Positions 9,983 to 21,585 are shown, counted from the first letter of the stretch. The stretch: DNA of 64,000 nt from an uncultured Chloroflexia bacterium (GCA_963751345.1 CAVVUS010000043.1:1-64000); one strand, 5' to 3'. Made by a program: numbers and translations. Notes: generated by a model from the sequence alone, not told the origin.

Positions 9983-12940
9983 CGCTCCACCTCCTCCTTT
10001 GCCGCCGGTCCCTGCTTGCGTGGTGCATAACCGACCTCCTCAGGCGGCAACAGATCCATTGGCGCTTCGCCCCGCCGGCGCACGGAGCTCACAACTCCAA
10101 GCGCTACCACAGACAGCAACGCGACGACGTAGTTAGCTGCTTCCCAGAATGACTGCTCATTGTCGGTCAATGGGATCAGCACACGCGCGGCCGTGCCTCG
10201 CGTTCGAATCGAAAGGAGGTCCGTGTCCTCTACCGTCCATGCCACCGAGTTCTGCACAAGCTGTAGGTTATTCAGATAGCGGTCGCCGCCAAGCGTTGTG
10301 GATAGGTGCAAGATGAGGTCATCGACGAACTCCGAGCTGCCGATGACGACCAGTCTCGCGTTATCGGAAGAGGACTCGATCGTCCCCACACTTGCGGACG
10401 GAGCCGGCGTGGGTGCAGCGGCATCGCCGGTTGTATCACTCGTTGCCGCGGACGCCTCCAACGGCGACGGCTTACCCTTGAAGTAAGACTGGAACACACC
10501 CCGTGCCGAGACTGCCAGCGTGTACGGTTGCGTGTTGGCCAACTCCGGGAACCCGGTCTGTGGATAGAGATCGAGGTTGGGCTGGATGTTGAAGTCCGAC
10601 TGAAGCCAGGACTGAGGAGAAGACTTGAGCAGAACTTGTACGTCTCGCCCGGCGTTCTTCGTCGGGTCGACCGTTATCGGGGAGACCCAGTTCAGCGTCA
10701 CAGCCGTTAGGCCGGAGACGATAGGGTCACCGCTGGCCATCCCGTCCGATCGGATATCAACAAACATCGGATAGTTCAACGCTTGGATCTCCTGGACCTG
10801 ATAGCCTCCTACCTCACGTGTGACAGGAACGGGGAAGGGCTCGTTCTGGGAGTCAAGCACCAGGGAGTTCTCGACCGTGAATCCATAGTACGACAGCATA
10901 TCCTGCAAACCATCCGAGATCTGCTGCGACCCCAGTCCCCCGGTCATTTGGTCGGGCGCGATGGACATATTGCCTGCCGCGACTACCACGGCCCCGCCGC
11001 GCATGAGGTACTGGTCGATGGCGTAACGAGCTACGTCATCGAGGCCCTGCGGGGCGATGAGTACCAGCACGTCGATATCGGACGGCACGGTACCTGTACT
11101 CAGATCGACCGTGCGAACATCATACTCCTGCTGCAGCGCGCCGGAGACCTGATCCCAGCTGGAAAGGGGTTGCTGCGTCTGGCCGTAAATGTCCTGGGTA
11201 GGCGTTGCAGGCGGTGTCCAGAGACCGACGACCTTCAGGAACCCCGAGGAGGAGCGCTTGAGGGCGGACTCCACGGCGGTCCGAACATCGGCCTCACTGA
11301 GGTTGCCTTGCGGGTAGATCACATGCGCCTGCCCGCCAATCTCGAGCACCATGTAGAGATAGTAGCTGTCCCCCGAGAGCGGAGAGATGGCCAGGGGCTG
11401 AATCCCATACTTGTCGTAGAGGTCCTGGCGAGTCACCGGACTGTCCGGCGCGTCAGGGATCGATAAACTGATAGCTAAACTTGCCATTGGATTTACTTGC
11501 GATGTCATCCAACACCGTCTTGATCGTTGTCGGAGCCTCGGCAAGCTGATCCGGCAGGCTATTCGTCGTCACATAGACGTCCATCTGCACCGGTTCGGAG
11601 AGTGACGCGAGAATGGCGTCCGTGTTCTGGAAGCCATAGACCACCTTCTTGATGGTGCTGGTGAGGTCGTACTCCAGGTTCTGGAGCTGGACATCCACCC
11701 CACCCTCCGGCGTGCTCTTTACCTCGATCAGGTCAGTGAAGGAGAGCACCTGACTTTGGTCACCATACTGGATCAGGATATCGAAATAGGAGTTGATGAC
11801 CGAGGCCTCATAGCGCCCTGTAACCTGGAAAGGCGTAGGATTGATACCGTAGACTTGGTTCGCCTCGGCCTCCGCGTCCGGATTCGTCGCCGGATCGATG
11901 ATCTCCAGTTGCACCGTACCGCCCGAGGCGACCTGATACTCCTGCAACATGTCGACCACGGTCGGTACGAGGGGGGCGAGCAGGGGGTGCGTCTTAGCAC
12001 TGAAGTAGCCCCGGATGAGCAGAGGTTCTTGCAGACCCTGAAGGAGGGCCTTCGTCGTGGGCGACAGCGTAAACTCGTGATACTGCGTCAGGTCCGCGCG
12101 CAGCCCACGAAGTGGGTAGGCCCACACGTTTGCCACCAGCAGATTGACGACCACCAGTACCGAGGTGATGGCCACGCCACGACGCTTCGGCAGCGTCTGC
12201 TCTCCCGTGCTCCAGCCCTTGGCCTTCAGCGAAAGCACGTTCAGTGCCAGGAAGATGCCCGCAATCGTCACGTAGTAGGCGAGATCTCGTAGATCGATCA
12301 CCCCACGCTCGATGGACGCGAACCGGCTGCCGGCGCCGATCGCCCTGAGAATGTCGGCGACCCGAGTGCCGAAGAAGTCCGTCACACCGGAGGATCCCAC
12401 AAGATAGAGGACGCCACAGACCAGGACGGTCGAGATCAACGCGACGATCTGATTGTCGGTGCGCGACGAGACGAAAAGCCCGATGGCAGCATAGGCGCCT
12501 GCCAGCAGAATGGCCGCGAGATAGCCGCCGGCAACCGGCCCCCAGTCGAGATTGCCCAACAGGGTAACGGTCAACGGCAGGAAGAGTGTCAAAGCCAGTG
12601 CAACCGCCACCAGGGCGAGCACAGCCAGGAACTTGCCCAACACCAACTGGATGGTAGAAACGGGCAGCGTCAGCAGGACCTCCAACGTCCCTGAGCGCTG
12701 CTCCTCACTCCACTGCCGCATCGTCAATGCTGCCACCAGGAAGATCATCAATGCGGGCATCCATTGGAAGAGCGGACGAACGTCAGCGATGCCGCGAGAA
12801 AAGAAGGTGTTGACCCAGAAGAACGAGAAAAGCGTCGCCGCTAAGAACGTGCCGATGAAGATCAGGGCCATCGGCGAGCCGTAGTACCCCCGCAACTCCT
12901 TGCGGGAGATAGTAAGCGTCTGTCGTATCCACGTGCTCAT
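9979..12940 (-). CDS. GldF-GldG-like fusion: ABC permease plus auxiliary component (frameshift near 11455)
   Basis: KELRGYYGSP, TMRQWSEEQRSGTLEVLLTLP, DLTQYHEFTLS and IDQYLMRGG. ORFs 11453-12940 and 9979-11544 join at QFIDP/DAPDS. Confidence 0.8.
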
Positions 12941-13923
12941 GACATAACCTCCGCGACAGCCGTCGGCTCAGCCGAAAGGATCTCATCCGACGTGGCGCCT
13001 GTCGCAAGTGCCAACTCATTGAAGACCGTCTCCAGTGTGCGAACATCCCGGCGCAATTCACGTATCGGCCAGGCCTTAGTACGTGCCAGGTCGTAGATGG
13101 CCGGGGTCAGATGGTCGCCCGCGTCCCGGACGCCATAGACTCGGAATGCAGGATAGCCGTCAGAGCTTTCAAACGCCTCAACATCGCGCGCTTGATCCAA
13201 ACGCCGCAACAGCGTGTTCGCCTCGGAGACCGGGCGCTCCAGCACGACCACTGCGTCAGACGTTGCGGCCAAATCGGCGAGGCGGGCATCGGCCTTTACC
13301 TTGCCGTTGATAAGGATGATCGCACGGTCGCAGAGCGCCTCAACCTCGGAGAGAATGTGTGTGGAGAATAGCACGGTGCTGTGCTTCGAAAGCCGTCGAA
13401 TCAGGTTCCGGATCCCCACGATCTGTGTAGGATCCAGTCCCACCGTTGGCTCATCCAGGATAAGCAATTTGGGCTGGTGTAGGATTGCCTGTGCCAGCCC
13501 GACGCGTTGGCGGAATCCCTTGCTCAACTCGCCGATGGGGCGCGTCAGATGATCTTCGAGCCCGGTCGCATAGACGGCTTCAGAGATTCGCCGCAGCTGC
13601 TCCTCTTCCGGGATCATCCGAAGGTCGGCCATCATCTGAAGATAATCCTGAACCGAGAGTTCAGGATAGAGGGGCGCAGTCTCCGGCAAATACCCGATCT
13701 GCGCTTGAACCTCGCGTGTATGATCCTGCACATCCAAACCGTCGACAGTGACGGTGCCTTCGTCCGCCTGAAGATAACCTGTCAAGATCTTGATGAAGGT
13801 TGTCTTTCCCGCTCCGTTCGGTCCCAATAGCCCAACGATCTCGCCGCTTTCGACTTTGAATGCAACGTCTTCCAGCGCGCGGATTGGACCATAGGACTTG
13901 GTCAATCCGACGACGTCAATCAT
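12937..13923 (-). CDS. ABC transporter ATP-binding protein (GldA-like)
   Basis: GPNGAGKT, LSKGFRQRVG and LDEPTVGLDP. Confidence 0.92.
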   Translation of the reverse strand: MIDVVGLTKSYGPIRALEDVAFKVESGEIVGLLGPNGAGKTTFIKILTGYLQADEGTVTVDGLDVQDHTREVQAQIGYLPETAPLYPELSVQDYLQMMADLRMIPEEEQLRRISEAVYATGLEDHLTRPIGELSKGFRQRVGLAQAILHQPKLLILDEPTVGLDPTQIVGIRNLIRRLSKHSTVLFSTHILSEVEALCDRAIILINGKVKADARLADLAATSDAVVVLERPVSEANTLLRRLDQARDVEAFESSDGYPAFRVYGVRDAGDHLTPAIYDLARTKAWPIRELRRDVRTLETVFNELALATGATSDEILSAEPTAVAEVMS

Positions 13924-14035
13924 GATTCTCCTCCAAAATAAAGTTCACCCACGCAAAGAGAGCAAAGCCGTCCTCTAGGTACTCAGGCTTCGCTCTCTGG
14001 ATGAGACAACTGGGTAGCCGACAGGCTAAGGAGGT

Positions 14036-14063
14036 ATCATACCGACTTCGTTCTTATTGTCAA
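14036..14063 (-). promoter_or_regulatory. Sigma70 promoter of the Gld-type ABC operon
   Basis: Minus strand TTGACA(14063-14058)-N16-TATGAT(14041-14036). Confidence 0.55.
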
Positions 14064-14073
14064 CGATTTTGCG

Positions 14074-15483
14074 TTAGGAAATCTCCGTGATGATGTCGCC
14101 CATAGCATCCAGGGCCGACCGCACGGCCTTTTGGTTCGCCTGGGCGTAAGATGCACTGAGGCTCCCTGCGGCTGCAATCAACGCCTGGGGATCCAGCCAG
14201 CCGACAGAAACCAGTCCGGCAGCGACCGCTGCCAGAGTTCTGCTGGAATGGCTTACGCCCTTGAGCGCCTCTAGCCGAAGGGCGCGGATCCGGATCTGGG
14301 ACGACCCGACCTGCGCAGCGACCCGGGGAATGAGGTCGGGCACGACAAACACCCACCCGTCTCCGGCCATCCGGGAGATGACGTCCGAGATCTTCTCATA
14401 CCCTTCGTCGGAAAGGACAAAGAGCACGTCGGCGCGGTCAATCGCTGTATAGGAGATGGGATCCGACGAGACAAGGACCTCGCTGACGCTGTAGCCGGAA
14501 CGCACGGTCACCGGGTAATCGTCTCGCTGGGCAGTCCAGAGGTCCGAGAGGGTGGCGGCTGCGGCGACCAGGCGCCCGGCCGTGCGGACGTGAGATCCTG
14601 CCGAGCCCGCGATGATTACACCCAGGCTGCGGGCGCCTCGGACGGCGGTCGCGCCTCGGACGGCCGAGAAAAGCTCCTCGCGATTGGGCAGGGACTGGAC
14701 ATCGAGGGCAGATGCCTGTTCCCGCTCCGCACCGGACCATGCGGCCCAGGCCTCATGGAGTGCGGCAGCACCTTCTTTACGCGATGTCTGCTGAATGACG
14801 CCTCTTGCGAACCCCAGGCGATCGATCAACGCGGTCAGTTCCTGGGGTGAGACCCTGTTCGCCACGGCGTAGTAAGCGACACACAACTCCCAGATATCGA
14901 GAAGAGCGAAACCGTCGTGTGTCAGCGCTGCCTCGATCTGGCGATCGAGGTCCGCGTCGAAGACGGTGCCGCGCCAGATGTAGCTGGCGCCATTCACAGC
15001 CACCGTCTGAGCGATGTTCAGGGGCTGTTCCGTGTTCCCCCATGGCGTCGTTGCCGTCATTTGATCCAGCGGGGTGGTGACGCTGTGCTCCCCGCCCGTC
15101 ATACCGAAGTTGAGGTTGTTGAAGACCAACGTGGCTACGCCAATGTTGCGCCGGGCCGCGCTGACCAGGTGGGCGCACCCGATGCCACACCCTCCATCTC
15201 CGATGAGATTGATGACGTGAAGGTCAGGACGGGCCAGTTTGATGCCCGTAGCGTAAGTCAAACTCCGTCCGTGCAGGCCGTGGAATCCACTCGTGATGAA
15301 ATACTGATCCGACAGCCCGACACACCCAATGTCACTGACGATGACAACGTTGGCGGGATCCCACTGCAGACGCACCAGGACGCGATCGAGAGCATCCAGG
15401 ATAAGACGGTGACTGCAGCCGGGACAGAAGCCGTAGACACGCTCGTTGCGGTATGTCGTTAGAGCACTCATAGTTGACGCCAC
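14074..15483 (-). CDS. 2-oxoacid:ferredoxin oxidoreductase beta (TPP) subunit fused to a gamma-like domain
   Basis: FCPGCSH, DIGC, HGLHGR, GDGG...NNLNFGMTGG, then IAGSAG...YPVTVRSGYS gamma-type domain. Confidence 0.82.
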   Translation of the reverse strand: MASTMSALTTYRNERVYGFCPGCSHRLILDALDRVLVRLQWDPANVVIVSDIGCVGLSDQYFITSGFHGLHGRSLTYATGIKLARPDLHVINLIGDGGCGIGCAHLVSAARRNIGVATLVFNNLNFGMTGGEHSVTTPLDQMTATTPWGNTEQPLNIAQTVAVNGASYIWRGTVFDADLDRQIEAALTHDGFALLDIWELCVAYYAVANRVSPQELTALIDRLGFARGVIQQTSRKEGAAALHEAWAAWSGAEREQASALDVQSLPNREELFSAVRGATAVRGARSLGVIIAGSAGSHVRTAGRLVAAAATLSDLWTAQRDDYPVTVRSGYSVSEVLVSSDPISYTAIDRADVLFVLSDEGYEKISDVISRMAGDGWVFVVPDLIPRVAAQVGSSQIRIRALRLEALKGVSHSSRTLAAVAAGLVSVGWLDPQALIAAAGSLSASYAQANQKAVRSALDAMGDIITEIS

Positions 15484-15499
15484 GTAAGCGATGATGGAG

Positions 15500-16993
15500 C
15501 TAGGGGACAGGCGAGCCGACGAGATGGGGTGCGGGCTCGCCTCCTCCCTCGCTCATGATCTCTCCTGCTGCTCCGCCCAGGTTGCGCAGCTTGCGCCGCG
15601 CCAGAAGCCGCTGCACGCGCGCATAGCGGCTTCGATTCAAGGGGTAGAACCAGGTGACCGCCAGCAGTGCAAGCAACAGCAGGCTGGCCACCGGGCCGAT
15701 AAGAACCCGGATCCCCGTCAACACGGCAGCGGGCTGGCTGAAGAATACGGCGCTATCCGGGGGCTTCTGGTACCCCAACCACCCCAAGACCTGGAGGGTC
15801 AGGAAGATGGCGAACGCCGTTGTCAGCTTGCGGACGAAATTCTTCGTTCCGTAGTAGACACCCTCGTGGCGCTCCCCGGTGCGCAACTCGTCCCAGTCAA
15901 TGACATCCGGGAAGATTGCATCCGGCAGCATATGGGCGGCCGAGTAGCTGAAACTCATCAACACCGCCACAATCATGGCCAACCCCAAGTGCATCGGGGG
16001 CACGAAAATCAACGACATCAGGATCAACGTCCACAGGATGACAGCCGCCATGTAAGCGTGACGCTTGCCGAACCGACGCGCGGCCCACGACCAGAAGGGC
16101 AAAGCCGGCACAGCCAGCACGGCCATAATGCCGAGAACGGTGGACTCGATCGGCATCCCCAGGCCCGGCATCTTCAGGACGAGATTCCCCTGGGCGATCC
16201 AATAGACGAGAAAGAAGGGCAGCACGGCAGCCACAAGGTCGAAGGTCACCCAATTCAGCATGTAGAGCGCCGTGGCGTAGCGGAACGGCACATTCTGCCA
16301 GGCCTGACGGAGCGTGGCGCGGAAGGATACTTCCTCAGGCAAATCCCAGGCTTGGCCTTCTCCCGAACGACGAAGAAGATGAGCAAAAAGGGAATCACCG
16401 ACGTAGCCCCAAAGATCGCCGATGCCAGGAAATAGCCCTGCTGCTGAGTTCCGCCATTCGCCAGGGTCGCGTCCACGATCATCGGAGCAGCCACCCCAGC
16501 CGGCCAACGAGGCAAGGAAGTTGAAGAACATCCGGTAACTGGCCAGGGACGTGCGCTCATCGTAATCCGAGGTCATCTCGGGCGTCAACGCGTGAAACGG
16601 GACAATCACGAGCGTCTGGAAGGTGTCGCTCAACGCATAGGCCAGCATAACGTGGATCATCAAGAGGATCTGGCTCTTCCACGGTGGCGCCCACCACAGG
16701 ATGAGAAAGGCCAGACCATAGGGAATCGCGAAGAACAGCAGGAACGGACGCCGTCTTCCCCAGCGCGTGCGCACCTTGTCGCTGAGCACGCCGACCAGGG
16801 GATCGTTGACTGCATCCCACAGGACTCCAATCAGGGCCGCGAATGAGGCCAAGCGAGGGTCAAGCCCGACCACGTCCGTCAGGAAGATCGCATAGAAGAT
16901 CTGGCGCAGGGTATTGAAAGCGGCCATGCTCCAGTCGCCAGTTCCGTAGATGATCTTGGTAAAGAGCGGAATCCGGTCAGCCTGCTCTGTCAT
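15500..16993 (-). CDS. GPH-family (MelB-like) MFS sugar:cation symporter
   Basis: WDAVNDPLVGVLSD, WGRRRPF and DVIDWDELRTGERHEGVYYG. A compensating frameshift pair around 16350-16500 is bridged by ORF 16255-16560. Confidence 0.85.
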   Translation of the reverse strand: MTEQADRIPLFTKIIYGTGDWSMAAFNTLRQIFYAIFLTDVVGLDPRLASFAALIGVLWDAVNDPLVGVLSDKVRTRWGRRRPFLLFFAIPYGLAFLILWWAPPWKSQILLMIHVMLAYALSDTFQTLVIVPFHALTPEMTSDYDERTSLASYRMFFNFLASLAGWGGCSDDRGRDPGEWRNSAAGLFPGIGDLWGYVGDSLFAHLLRRSGEGQAWDLPEEVSFRATLRQAWQNVPFRYATALYMLNWVTFDLVAAVLPFFLVYWIAQGNLVLKMPGLGMPIESTVLGIMAVLAVPALPFWSWAARRFGKRHAYMAAVILWTLILMSLIFVPPMHLGLAMIVAVLMSFSYSAAHMLPDAIFPDVIDWDELRTGERHEGVYYGTKNFVRKLTTAFAIFLTLQVLGWLGYQKPPDSAVFFSQPAAVLTGIRVLIGPVASLLLLALLAVTWFYPLNRSRYARVQRLLARRKLRNLGGAAGEIMSEGGGEPAPHLVGSPVP

Positions 16994-17055
16994 CAGAAAC
17001 CTCCCACGCGTCCAGGATGCGCAATCCGGGCAGACCTTTGAGCTCTGGATAAAGC

Positions 17056-18193
17056 TCAGACATCGAGTCGAAAGACGCGATATCGCTTATGCCACTGAAC
17101 CCCAAGCATATTCATATCGCCGAGGCTATTGATATTCGTCTCCATGACCTGGACAAACTCGCAGTACTCCGCATCACGTTGTCGAACAGTATCGTGGAGT
17201 TCCGCATAGAGCAGCGCACTCGCACCGAGGCCCTGGTACTTGGGCAGCAATCCAACACCGTTTCCGAGCAGCCGCTTGGTCCGCCGGAGTGCTGACCAGC
17301 AGCCTTGCCCAGCCGAATGGCCATAGCCGGCCACGAGTAGACTTTGAGCGTCTCGGCGACGTCAGGGAAGATGAAGGCGAACCCGCGATTGCGTCGCCCT
17401 GCATCACGACCTTCATCAAGTCGGGGATCCGACACGATCAGCAGTTGGTCTCCGATCATCTGCACTTCAGCCTCGTCGATCGGGTAGTACCCCCATACCT
17501 GCGTGAAGGCCTCGTTATTGACGCGCTGGATATCGGGGATCCAGGCCCGCAGCTCTCGCTTGCTCTTGAAGGACTTCACCCAGAATCCGCTGCGCTCCTT
17601 GATGCGCTCGACCATCCGGAAGAGCCGTTCGGGGAACTCATCCGCGGCCACCATATAGCCCTGAGAGATAGTCGATCTCCTTCTCCATGCCGACGCTTCC
17701 GAGGAGCGACGCGTAGTAGGGGTAGTTGTACGGCATGTTCATGCCGGCGAGGTGCTCGTATCCCTCGATCAGGACGCCATAGGGATCGGAGCGCAGCATA
17801 CCCTTTGGGCCCATCAGGAGCGTCAAGCCGCGGGCTGCGGCCCATGCGCGGGCAGCCTCTATCAGGCCCCGAACCACCTCGACATCCTCCACGGTGTCGA
17901 AATAGTAGAAGAACGCGACCTTGGCCTGACGGTAGTCGTTATAGCGGCGATTCTCAAGGACAGCGATCCGGCCCACGGCGATCCGCCCACCGGCGGCCCC
18001 GTCCTGCTCGGCGACAAAGAAACCCGCATCCGAATGCCTGTAAAAGGGATGACGTTTGCGGTCTAGCACAAGCTTCATGCTGGACACAAGCGGCGGCACC
18101 CATTGCTCGCATCCCCGGTAGAGCTCGAACGGGAATCTCGACGAACTCGCGAACATGCCGCGGGTCCCGTGTGTCGATCTCGCGAATCTGCAT
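17056..18193 (-). CDS. YghO-like GNAT N-acetyltransferase (several frameshifts)
   Basis: Fragments MQIREIDTRD, WVPPL..HPFY..GRIAVLEN..PYNYPYY, NNEAFTQVWGY and GVGLLPKYQGLG..KRYRVF across four ORFs. Confidence 0.7.
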
Positions 18194-18198
18194 CAAAC

Positions 18199-19053
18199 CT
18201 ACTCCGTGAAGAATCCAACGCCCAAGATGCCCGGGCCGCCATGGGTCACCACAGCCGGAGGCACTGAGTGAATTGGAATGGACTCAAGGTTCAGGGTATC
18301 CCGGAAGAAGGCAGCCAACTGCCCGGCTTCTTCCGCGGCAGCCGCATGCATCACGCTGAGATAGCCCCGCTCGCCCGGCGCAATCTGCTCGATCACCAAC
18401 TGCTTGAGCCGTTCTACAGCGCGCTTGTGGGTTCGCACTTTCTCAAAGGTGTCGACCTGCCCCTCTGTAAACGTCAATACCGGCTTGACCTGCAGCATGC
18501 TGCCCAACAGGGCAGACGCGCCGCCGATGCGCCCCCCCATCGCCAGATACTTGAGCGTGTCGACGAGGAAGTAGATCTTGCATCGGGTGCCCATCTCGAC
18601 GATACGGGCCTCAATCGTGTCGGCGCTCTCGCCCTCTTCGGCCCATTGGCACGAGAGTTGGAGCAGCGTGGCCACAGGACTGGCGATCAGCTTCGTGTCG
18701 ATAATGCGCACGTCGACATCGCGAAGGCCGCGCTCACGCGCGAGTTGCAGACCTACCGCAGCGGAGCGCACCGTTCCGCTGACCAGGGCGGACGGCAGCA
18801 CACAGACGATGGCATCATCCGTCGCAGCCAGACGCTCAAAAGCCTCCGCAAAGAGTTCCGCAGGTGGCGCTGCTGTCTTTGGGAGCTGCGTGGCACTCTG
18901 GAGTCGCTGCATAAAGGTGTCGTACGTGATCTCGACACCTTCGAGATACGAGACTTCGTCAAAGATAATGACCTGGGGAATGATCGGTAGATGATGGGCT
19001 TCTGCAAATGACTCGAACAAGCAGGACGTTGTATCGCCAATGATCTTAACCAT
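18199..19053 (-). CDS. DegV family fatty-acid-binding protein
   Basis: IIGDTT, PKTAAP, SGT, YLAMGGRIG, KPVL and THGGPG. Confidence 0.9.
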   Translation of the reverse strand: MVKIIGDTTSCLFESFAEAHHLPIIPQVIIFDEVSYLEGVEITYDTFMQRLQSATQLPKTAAPPAELFAEAFERLAATDDAIVCVLPSALVSGTVRSAAVGLQLARERGLRDVDVRIIDTKLIASPVATLLQLSCQWAEEGESADTIEARIVEMGTRCKIYFLVDTLKYLAMGGRIGGASALLGSMLQVKPVLTFTEGQVDTFEKVRTHKRAVERLKQLVIEQIAPGERGYLSVMHAAAAEEAGQLAAFFRDTLNLESIPIHSVPPAVVTHGGPGILGVGFFTE

Positions 19054-19172
19054 GATGCCTTACTCCTTCTACGCGCCATAAGGCCCAAATAAGAGGAGGC
19101 CCAAAGTGCCCAGAGCGAACTCGTATGCCATCAGACGGAAGGGGCGGATCACCTGTCAATGTGCGGGGACAA

Positions 19173-19206
19173 GGTCCCAAGGGCCCTCTTGAAGGCCCCT
19201 GGGACC
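19173..19206 (-). terminator. Hairpin after the AIM24 gene
   Basis: GGTCCCAAGGGCC...GGCCCCTGGGACC imperfect inverted repeat. Confidence 0.45.
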
Positions 19207-19219
19207 CGACGAACAGCGC

Positions 19220-19906
19220 TCAGGACGATTTGGTGGGCAGGTATCGGGCCAGCTTTGCCGCGAGATTGGAGAGCGGCAGGCTTTGCAGCCAGATCCGCCC
19301 GGGCCCTGTCATCGTCGCCAGGAACAGGCCCTCCCCGCTAAACAGAACATTAGCAAAGCCCTTGACCATCGAGATATCATAGTTGACCGACGGCTCGAAG
19401 AGCGCAATGTGGCCCGGATCGACTCGCATCGATTCCCCCGCTGCGAGGCTGTACTCACGAACCTCGCCCGGGATCTCGAGAAACGCGTAGCCGGGTCCTG
19501 TGATCTTCTCAAGGATGAACCCTTCACCGCCGAAGAGGCCGGTGCCCAGTCGCTTGCGGAAGTGCATACTCATGTCGACGGAGCTCTCAGCGCACATGAA
19601 CGCATCCCGTTGGCAGATCATGCTCTGGTTTGGGCCCAATTTCACAGGAATGATCTTGCCGGGCGCTTCGGGGGCGAAGACCACCAGCACCTCGCCGGGG
19701 TCATGGCCAACGTAGGTCGTCATGAAGAGCGACTCTCCTGCGAGCTTGCGGCCCAATCCGGCCATCAGCCCGCCCTTGGTGTCGGTCTTCATCTCGACGT
19801 TTCCCTTCATCCAGGCCATGCCACCGGACTCGGTATACATCGACTCACCCTGTGACAGGTAGACGTCCAATGTCTGCATTACAGTACCGTGAATCTCATA
19901 TCGCAT
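19220..19906 (-). CDS. TIGR00266/AIM24 family protein
   Basis: ESGGMAWM, GESLFMT, GLFGGEGFIL and TGPGRIWLQSLP. Confidence 0.9.
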   Translation of the reverse strand: MRYEIHGTVMQTLDVYLSQGESMYTESGGMAWMKGNVEMKTDTKGGLMAGLGRKLAGESLFMTTYVGHDPGEVLVVFAPEAPGKIIPVKLGPNQSMICQRDAFMCAESSVDMSMHFRKRLGTGLFGGEGFILEKITGPGYAFLEIPGEVREYSLAAGESMRVDPGHIALFEPSVNYDISMVKGFANVLFSGEGLFLATMTGPGRIWLQSLPLSNLAAKLARYLPTKSS

Positions 19907-19946
19907 GTGAAGTCCTCCTGGTGTTGCAGCTAAGCTGAAGGTAATG

Positions 19947-20837
19947 CTACTGCTCCGAGTCCGATTTGAGTGTTTCGGCTACAGCTCGAATGTGCTCTGC
20001 CGTACTCCCGCAGCAGCCACCGAAAATGGAAATGCCGGCCTCCTCGACGAATCGCCGGCCGTACTCTGCCATCACCTCCGGGGTTACGTCGTAGACCAGG
20101 TCTGTGCCCTCGGCGTGGGGCAGGCCGGCGTTGGGCTTGGCCATCAGCACTGCGTCCGGCGCGGCCTCGCGCATTTTCCGGATGGCCTCCAACGTCTCGG
20201 TCAGCGTCCGCCCGCAGTTAGCGCCCATCACGTCGACCCCCAGCGAGAGCAGCGTCTGGGCGGCGCGCTCGGGTTTCACCCCCATCATGGTCCGGCCTTT
20301 GGTGTCAAAGCTCATCGTGACCATCAGGGGGAGATCCGTCACCTGGCGCACCCCTTCGACGGCGGCCTTCACCTCGTCGAGATCGCTCATCGTCTCGATC
20401 AGAATCGCGTCCACACCGCCCTCGGCCAACGCTCCGGCCTGTTCGGCAAATGCCGCGACCGCATCTTCATACGTCAGCGTGCCCAGAGGGGCCAGCAGCT
20501 CGCCGGTCGGCCCGATATCCCCGATCACCAACACCTTATCTCCGGCCACCTCGCGGGCGAGGTGCGCCGCCATCAGGTTGATCTCGGCGGTCCGCTCGGA
20601 TAGCCCCTCTCTCTTCAACCGGATCGAGGTGCCACCGAAGGTATTGGTAAGCACCATATCGGTGCCTGCTTCAATATAGCCCCGGTGCAAGGCTCGCACC
20701 GCGTCAGGATTCTCCAGGTTCCACCGCTCCGGGGCCGTGCCGGCCGGTAGACCGGCTTTCTGCAGCGTCGTGCCGGTGGCACCGTCAGCGATCAGGACTT
20801 TGTGGGACTTCAGGTAGGCTTGGAATTTCGACATCAC
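19947..20837 (-). CDS. Stand-alone homocysteine S-methyltransferase domain (split MetH Hcy-binding module)
   Basis: DGATGT, TNTFG, GDIGPTG, IETMSD, and Zn ligands GANCG and GGCCG. Confidence 0.88.
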   Translation of the reverse strand: MMSKFQAYLKSHKVLIADGATGTTLQKAGLPAGTAPERWNLENPDAVRALHRGYIEAGTDMVLTNTFGGTSIRLKREGLSERTAEINLMAAHLAREVAGDKVLVIGDIGPTGELLAPLGTLTYEDAVAAFAEQAGALAEGGVDAILIETMSDLDEVKAAVEGVRQVTDLPLMVTMSFDTKGRTMMGVKPERAAQTLLSLGVDVMGANCGRTLTETLEAIRKMREAAPDAVLMAKPNAGLPHAEGTDLVYDVTPEVMAEYGRRFVEEAGISIFGGCCGSTAEHIRAVAETLKSDSEQ

Positions 20838-20915
20838 TCGCCTCCAACAGCGTGGAATACGTCATACTTGACGGTGTCATCATACCACAGATACGGCAAG
20901 GACCGAAACCGACCT

Positions 20916-20943
20916 TTGACGACGTCCTACCGTCACCTATACT
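20916..20943 (+). promoter_or_regulatory. Sigma70 promoter TTGACG-N16-TATACT
   Basis: Hexamers at 20916-20921 and 20938-20943, upstream of ATG20991. Confidence 0.55.
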
Positions 20944-20990
20944 CGGGTGAGGAGCTTTCGAAGCCATATCTCAATAGAGGGGGGAGAACG

Positions 20991-21582
20991 ATGAGCGAGA
21001 TAGTGTCACAGACCATCTACTTCACCGATCCCAGCGCTGCCAATACGGACAGAACGCTTACCTTGGTTGCCGATCGTGCGAAGAGCACTGGGCATCGAGA
21101 CCGTCCTCGTCGCCACCACCAGCGGCAGGACAGGCCTGCGAGCCACGGAGCTGCTGACAGGACTCGATGTCGTCGCCGTTACCCACTCGGCGGGCTTCCG
21201 CGAACCGCACGCCTTCACCTACGACCCGGCGTTGATCGAGCAGATCAAGGCATCCGGCGCCAAAGTCCTGACCACCACGCATGCCTTCGGCGGCGTCGGA
21301 CGGGCCGTGCGCAAGAAGCTCAACACCTATCAGATCGATGAGATCATCGCATTCACGCTGCGCTGCTTCGGTCAAGGCATGAAGGTCGCTGCCGAGATCA
21401 CGTTGATGGCTTCGGATGCGGGCCTGGTACCGGGAGGACGACCCATCATCGCCGTCGGCGGATCAGGCCACGGCGCCAACACCGCTGCGGTCCTGCAACC
21501 CGCCCACGCGCAGACCTTCTTCGACCTCCGCTTCCTGGAGATCATCTGCATGGTCGCACCGGAGCATCCGGGATTGCCTTGA
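20991..21582 (+). CDS. Pyruvate-kinase C-terminal-like alpha/beta protein (DUF1867/MTH1675 type; frameshift near 21085)
   Basis: IYFTDPSAANTDRTL, then VATTSGRTG, VTHSAGF, GQGMKVAAEITLMASDAG and AVGGSGHGANTA. Confidence 0.75.
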
Positions 21583-21585
21583 TCT

